NCBI GenBank assembly: GCA_965149945.1 | Contig: CBCTTQ010000001.1 | Span: 126,860-190,859, forward strand | Source of the DNA: an uncultured Peptococcaceae bacterium | Lineage (GTDB): Bacteria > Bacillota > Dehalobacteriia > UBA4068 > UBA4997 | Direction of reading: 5' to 3' | Length of the DNA stretch: 64,000 nucleotides | Part shown: in pieces, positions 59,764-64,000 of the stretch | Numbering within the stretch: position 1 is the stretch's first letter | Layout of the letters: every line of letters begins with the position of its first letter | Made by a program: the position numbers and the translations under genes | Notes under the pieces: generated by a model | What the model saw: the letters and a program-made list of their open reading frames with translations, nothing else | Database searches by the model: none | What the model was told of the DNA's origin: nothing

Positions 59764-60479
59764 TGCAGGATCCATATAAGGTTCTGGGGGTCTCCCCGGA
59801 TGCCACAGATGAGGAAATCACCAAGGCCTACCGCAAGTTAGTCAAAAAGTATCACCCGGACTTGAATCCGGATGACCCGGAAGGCGCCAATAAGAAGATG
59901 AGTGAAATCAATGTGGCTTATGAAGAAATCAAAAATATCAAAGCCGGAAAAAGCTCCTACGGTCAAACGGGACCCGGCGCCGGCGGCGCCTACAGCGGCA
60001 ACCCTTACAGCGGAAATCCCTATGACAATCCCTTTGGCGGCTTCGGCGGCTTCGGCGGTTACGGTAGTTCCGCGGGCGGATCGTCCGGCGGTTACAGCAG
60101 TTCTTACGGCGGCAGTCGTGACAGCCGCTTTGATTCTGTGCGCACGTATATTTCCGCGGGGCTCTACCAGGAAGCTTGGAATGTGCTGAACAGCATGACA
60201 GAGCACAATGCGGAGTGGTATTATTACAGCGCCTATGTTAATTATAATCTGGGCAATAAGGTCTCCGCTCTGAATCAGGCTCGGGTGGCAGTGCAAATGG
60301 AACCCAACAATTTTGAATATCGCCGTCTGCTGATGCAGATTCAAAATGAAGGAAACGGCTATCAAGCGCAGCAGGGCGCTGTCTGCATTCCCTGCGGCGG
60401 TAATTTGTGCTGGGGTTATCTTTTTGCGATGATGCTTTGCTCTTGCTGCTGTCCCGGCGGTTATGGCTTCTATCATTAA
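59760..60479 (+). CDS. J-domain protein with Gly/Phe/Tyr-rich linker, TPR-like segment and C-terminal cysteine string
   Basis: The J domain has HPD ([12 protein letters not shown]). A low-complexity G/Y/S region, a TPR-like helix pair and a C-terminus [31 protein letters not shown] follow. Confidence 0.8.
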   Translation: MMQDPYKVLGVSPDATDEEITKAYRKLVKKYHPDLNPDDPEGANKKMSEINVAYEEIKNIKAGKSSYGQTGPGAGGAYSGNPYSGNPYDNPFGGFGGFGGYGSSAGGSSGGYSSSYGGSRDSRFDSVRTYISAGLYQEAWNVLNSMTEHNAEWYYYSAYVNYNLGNKVSALNQARVAVQMEPNNFEYRRLLMQIQNEGNGYQAQQGAVCIPCGGNLCWGYLFAMMLCSCCCPGGYGFYH

Positions 60480-60538
60480 CAAAAGAAACACCGAGCAAAA
60501 CTCGGATAAATAAACATCGCGGAAAGGGGTGTAGATCC

Positions 60539-60946
60539 ATGTATCGGCTGCGGGAAATGATGGTTCGCTTTATGGCGGGCAGGTACGGTACAGATAATCT
60601 GAACTGGCTGATTTTCTGGCTGTATCTGATCTTGTTTATCGTTTATCTGATTACACGGATGAGTATTTTCTATTACATTGGGTTTGTGATGGTGATTCTC
60701 TATTTTTTCCGCACCTTTTCCCGAAATATTTATCGCCGACAGTTGGAAAACCAGCGCTATCTGGACGCGACGAAAGGGATTCGGGTCTTTTGCCGCCGTC
60801 AGAAAAATCGCTGGCGGGATCGGCATACCCATGTGTATAAACGCTGTCCCGGTTGCAAAACTTTTTTGCGGTTGCCTAAACAAAAGGGCGCTCATATCGC
60901 TGTTTGTCCTAAATGCCATCGGGAATTTGAAGTGAAAATCCACTGA
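60539..60946 (+). CDS. small membrane protein with two TM helices and a C-terminal Cys4 zinc ribbon
   Basis: CPGCKTF...CPKCHREF. An RBS AAAGGGG lies upstream of ATG 60539. It is the last gene of the Hsp70 cluster. Confidence 0.55.
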   Translation: MYRLREMMVRFMAGRYGTDNLNWLIFWLYLILFIVYLITRMSIFYYIGFVMVILYFFRTFSRNIYRRQLENQRYLDATKGIRVFCRRQKNRWRDRHTHVYKRCPGCKTFLRLPKQKGAHIAVCPKCHREFEVKIH

Positions 60947-61070
60947 GTACGCGTTGTCAGGCCCTCTGTTTACGAGCCTGACGGAAGGCGGAACAACCAT
61001 TTTTCCTGTCGGAAACGATTACAGGAATTCCTTCAATGTCGCCGCTCATGGTCTCGCGGTATGAATTTTT

Positions 61071-61104
61071 TCGCGCTCGTTGAATCCGAGCGCGATTTTT
61101 TTTT
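61071..61104 (+). terminator. Rho-independent terminator ending the Hsp70-cluster transcript
   Basis: tcgcgctcg-ttgaatc-cgagcgcga is followed by T9. Confidence 0.8.
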
Positions 61105-61585
61105 GCGGAAAAGAAAAAACAACAAAAGTTTAAAGAGAGTTTATAAAAAGGAGGTATCCTATAACCATCGGATAGCCAAACATGTGCAAACGCAATTGCG
61201 CACTCCATAAATCAATAGATAAAAACATAAGTACACAAAAAAAACGACATTCCAGCCAGATGTCGTTTTTTTCTGTCTCGGCGCGGGTAGCTTTTGCAGG
61301 GTTGTCGGAGACAACGTTCCGATCCTGTTGATTGGACGTTGGAAGGATCTTTGGTTGAAAATGATTTGTTTTTTTTGTCGCGGGGAATCGTTTCGGTAAT
61401 AATATTTTCGATACGGAAATAATTCGTTTGCCGAACGCCAATACCAAAGAGGGCGGCTTCTCCGAAGCGGGTAGAAAAACATTTTTTTTGAAAAGGTCTC
61501 GGTTTCTTTTCTAAGGTATATTTTTTATATGTGAAGATGGATCTACCGAAAATTTTTGGGCGAAAGATGAGAAGGGGAAGAACGT

Positions 61586-61616
61586 AAAAAACGAACCGCG
61601 GGAAACGGTTCGTTTT
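61586..61616. terminator. bidirectional Rho-independent terminator after the beta-CASP gene
   Basis: aaaaacgaaccg-cgggaaa-cggttcgttttt. Confidence 0.8.
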
Positions 61617-61631
61617 TGCGTTTTAAAAGGA

Positions 61632-63230
61632 TCAAACTTCTTTGCTTCGTTCTTTGTTGATATCTTGTAAAACCTCGTTGATCGCCTGGAGGCTGTCGAT
61701 ATCGTGATGGCGCACCAAATCGGAAAGCTGCTGGTTGATATCGAAATACAACTGAGAGAGCACCACTTCGGGTACTTTTGGTTTGATCGTGCCCGCAACT
61801 TCCACTGTGGTTTTCTTGGCTTCCAGATTGAATACCTCGCCCCAAGTGGGAATGATGGTGTGGTAGCCATAGGTTTCTTCCGTCAATTTTTTGAAATCTG
61901 CCCGCGCGTCGTCTTCTCCATGTACCAGAAAGACGGCTTTGGGTTTTTGTTTGGCGGTGCCCAGCCATTGGATCAGCTCGTCGCGGTCGGCATGGGCGGA
62001 ATAGCCTTCCATAAAGAGGATTTTGGCTTTGACATTGATTTCTTCCCCGTGGATTTTAACCACCTTTTCTCCGTCGATCAGACGGCGTCCCAGAGTTCCT
62101 ACCGCCTGGTAGCCTGCGAAAATAACCGTACATTCCGGTCGCCAGAGGTTGTGTTTCAGGTGGTGTTTGATACGACCCGCTTCCGCCATACCGCTGGCAG
62201 AAATGACAATGGCGCCGCTTTTAATCTGGTTGATGGCGATGGATTGTTCCAGGGTGGTGGAGAAAACGATGTTGTCTGTTTTCAGCGGACTTCTGCCGTA
62301 TTTTTTCATCAGCGCCCGTGTGTTTTGGTCAAAACATTCCGGATGGCGGCTGAAGATTTCTGTTGCCTGCACAGCCAGAGGACTGTCCACGTAGATTTTG
62401 GTTTTCGGCAGTAGTCCGTCATCAATCAAGCCGTTGATTTCCATGATCATATCTTGGCAGCGATCTACTGCGAAGGCGGGGATGATGACATTACCGCCCG
62501 CTTGGAAAGTGCTGGTGATGATATGCGCCAACTGACGGCGGCGGGCTTCGGTGTCGATGTATCGTTCATTGTGCAGCCGATTACCGTAGGTGGTTTCCAT
62601 GACAATGTAATCGGTGTCGTTAATGGGGGTGGGATCTTTGACAATGAAATGGTCATAACGCCCTAAATCTCCCGAGAAAATGATTTTTTCCGCCTGACCT
62701 TCTTCGTTACGGTATTTCACTGTGGCCATGGCGGAACCCAAAATATGTCCCGCGTCCTGAAAGGAAATTTCCACGTCGGGGGTGGGACGAAACGGCTCCC
62801 AGTAGTCTTTGGCAATAATATGCTCACAGGTTTTTTCTGCGTCTTCCACAGTGTAGATGGGCTCCAGCAGCGGAATGCCGGCGCGGGCGTTTTTCCGATT
62901 TTTCCGCTCGATTTCTCCTTCTTGTACATGAGCGGAATCGGGCAGCATAACGGTACACAGATCATAGGTGCCGTTGGTGGTATAGATGTTACCCTGAAAG
63001 CCTTCCTTATACAATTTGGGCAGTAGGCCGCTGTGGTCGATATGCGCGTGGGTCAGCAGTACAAAGTCAATTTTTTCCGGCGGAAACATGAAGGAAACAT
63101 AGTTCCGCTCTTTTAATTCTTTGTTTCCCTGGTATAATCCGCAGTCTACCAGGAATTTTGTATTTTTATGTTCTACCAGGAAACAGGAGCCCGTCACGGT
63201 TCCCGTTGCGCCCAGGAAGGAAATTTTCAT
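61632..63230 (-). CDS. MBL-fold beta-CASP RNA-metabolising hydrolase (CPSF/Ysh1-like) with ~100-aa C-terminal extension
   Basis: LLTHAHIDHSG is the metallo-beta-lactamase HxHxDH motif, and a beta-CASP region follows. An RBS GAGGTG lies 6 nt before ATG 63230. The ORF-track start at 63593 adds 121 residues with no RBS. Confidence 0.75.
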   Translation of the reverse strand: MKISFLGATGTVTGSCFLVEHKNTKFLVDCGLYQGNKELKERNYVSFMFPPEKIDFVLLTHAHIDHSGLLPKLYKEGFQGNIYTTNGTYDLCTVMLPDSAHVQEGEIERKNRKNARAGIPLLEPIYTVEDAEKTCEHIIAKDYWEPFRPTPDVEISFQDAGHILGSAMATVKYRNEEGQAEKIIFSGDLGRYDHFIVKDPTPINDTDYIVMETTYGNRLHNERYIDTEARRRQLAHIITSTFQAGGNVIIPAFAVDRCQDMIMEINGLIDDGLLPKTKIYVDSPLAVQATEIFSRHPECFDQNTRALMKKYGRSPLKTDNIVFSTTLEQSIAINQIKSGAIVISASGMAEAGRIKHHLKHNLWRPECTVIFAGYQAVGTLGRRLIDGEKVVKIHGEEINVKAKILFMEGYSAHADRDELIQWLGTAKQKPKAVFLVHGEDDARADFKKLTEETYGYHTIIPTWGEVFNLEAKKTTVEVAGTIKPKVPEVVLSQLYFDINQQLSDLVRHHDIDSLQAINEVLQDINKERSKEV

Positions 63231-63740
63231 CACAAACACCTCGATTTCCATATTTCCGCTTATTCCGTTTTTCCTTTGTAATCCTTCGGCGGCTGTCGGC
63301 GCGGTCATATCCGCGAAGCAGAGCGCCCGATGGCGGCCGAGAGGGAATCTATCCTTATTATAGTATGGGAGAAAAAGAAAAGCAAATGTTTTTTCCGCCA
63401 GAAAAAAAGTCTGCTTAAAGAAGATTCGAATATAGGCGTACTTTCGGCGGCAGGTTCTTTGCCGGGAGATTATGCCTGTTGTGATGATGGGAAGCGGAGA
63501 AAACCGTTTCTGAATATTTTGGGGAAATCCTGCCGCCTTGTTTTCTGATCGGAAGTCTCTTCTTTGAAAAAGGGAAGAGCGCTTTTTTAACAAACTTTCT
63601 GAGGAAAGGGTTCCCTGAAAATCGCTCCGAGCCTGTTACCTAAATGCGGTCGATAGTCCCGGCGGAAATATTCTTCCTGTGGGATTAGCGGGTTATCCGC
63701 GATCTCACAGAAGAAGATCTTCGATTCGCGGGGAGAGAAC

Positions 63741-63772
63741 AAAAAGGCAGCCCGCGGAATCCGCGGACTGCC
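63741..63772 (-). terminator. Rho-independent terminator of the aminotransferase gene (minus strand)
   Basis: ggcagcccgcgg-aat-ccgcggactgcc is preceded by an A run (a T run on the minus strand). Confidence 0.6.
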
Positions 63773-63792
63773 GAAAAGATCGTTAAAAACGC

Positions 63793-64000
63793 TTATTTTT
63801 TCAAGCTATTAATGTAATGTTCCATTTTGTCCATTGCCAATTCAATGTTTTCCATGGAAGCCGCGTAAGAAATCCGGACGAAACCTTCGCCGCATTCACC
63901 GAAAGCGGTGCCGGGTACAACGGCTACATGTTCGGCGTTCAGCAGACCTTCGCAGAATTCAGCGGAAGTCATACCGGTGGATTTGATGCAGGGGAAAGCG
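63793..64000 (-). CDS. class I/II (fold-type I) aminotransferase, C-terminal 69 aa; 5' part beyond window end
   Basis: Manual reverse translation gives ...LNAEHVAVVPGTAFGECGEGFVRISYAASMENIELAMDKMEHYINSLKK*, a typical AAT C-terminal consensus. Confidence 0.65.
   Translation of the reverse strand, partial: AFPCIKSTGMTSAEFCEGLLNAEHVAVVPGTAFGECGEGFVRISYAASMENIELAMDKMEHYINSLKK

Noticed and set aside
63240-63740. Small ORFs (72-86 aa) in the 500-bp region upstream of the beta-CASP gene
   Set aside because: No RBS or coding periodicity. More likely a long 5' UTR or promoter region of the minus-strand beta-CASP gene, limited by the aminotransferase terminator at 63741-63772.
1-64000. CRISPR arrays, tRNA or rRNA genes, IS elements or prophage genes
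   Set aside because: No regularly spaced direct repeats, no tRNA-like cloverleaf candidates noticed, and no transposase, integrase or phage structural motifs. The window reads as core chromosome.

Overview
This 64 kb window looks like core chromosome from a spore-forming Firmicute of class Clostridia, about 53% GC, with a SpoIIR/YlmC division-sporulation cluster and an SLH-domain surface protein. It is densely coding and mostly housekeeping, and contains no rRNA, tRNA, CRISPR array, transposase or integrase. The recognisable genes include rapZ (5' part), a SIS-domain PGI/PMI, proC, a class-V cysteine desulfurase, a HAD hydrolase, an amidohydrolase, azlCD, aspA, an HD-GYP protein, iscS-thiI, two class-I methyltransferases, an nfeD-floA operon, an orphan OmpR response regulator, an M23 peptidase, a Mef-like MFS transporter, a radical-SAM enzyme, rpmE-DUF1385-prfA-prmC-tsaC, an M29 aminopeptidase, spoIIR-ylmC-nrdR-yggS-sepF-yggT, a T-box leader with ileS, trmO, an LTD/SLH surface protein, an SDR, lgt, a DUF2156 protein, a beta-CASP MBL RNase and an aminotransferase 3' end. 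Several loci stand out. The most unusual is a roughly 1.2 kb unit made of a consensus promoter, a 1.1 kb homopurine tract reading as one Lys-rich frame, and a terminator. There is also a Mef-like transporter behind a 5-codon leader ORF and an SD-sequestering hairpin, and a short Hsp70 gene followed by an uncharacterised gene, a J-domain protein with TPR-like and Cys-string segments, and a zinc-ribbon membrane protein. A MerR regulator is fused to a zinc ribbon and an unknown domain, a MATE gene is truncated, two distant promoters are near-identical, and homopurine leaders recur through the window. Every product call is from motif recognition by eye, with no database search run.
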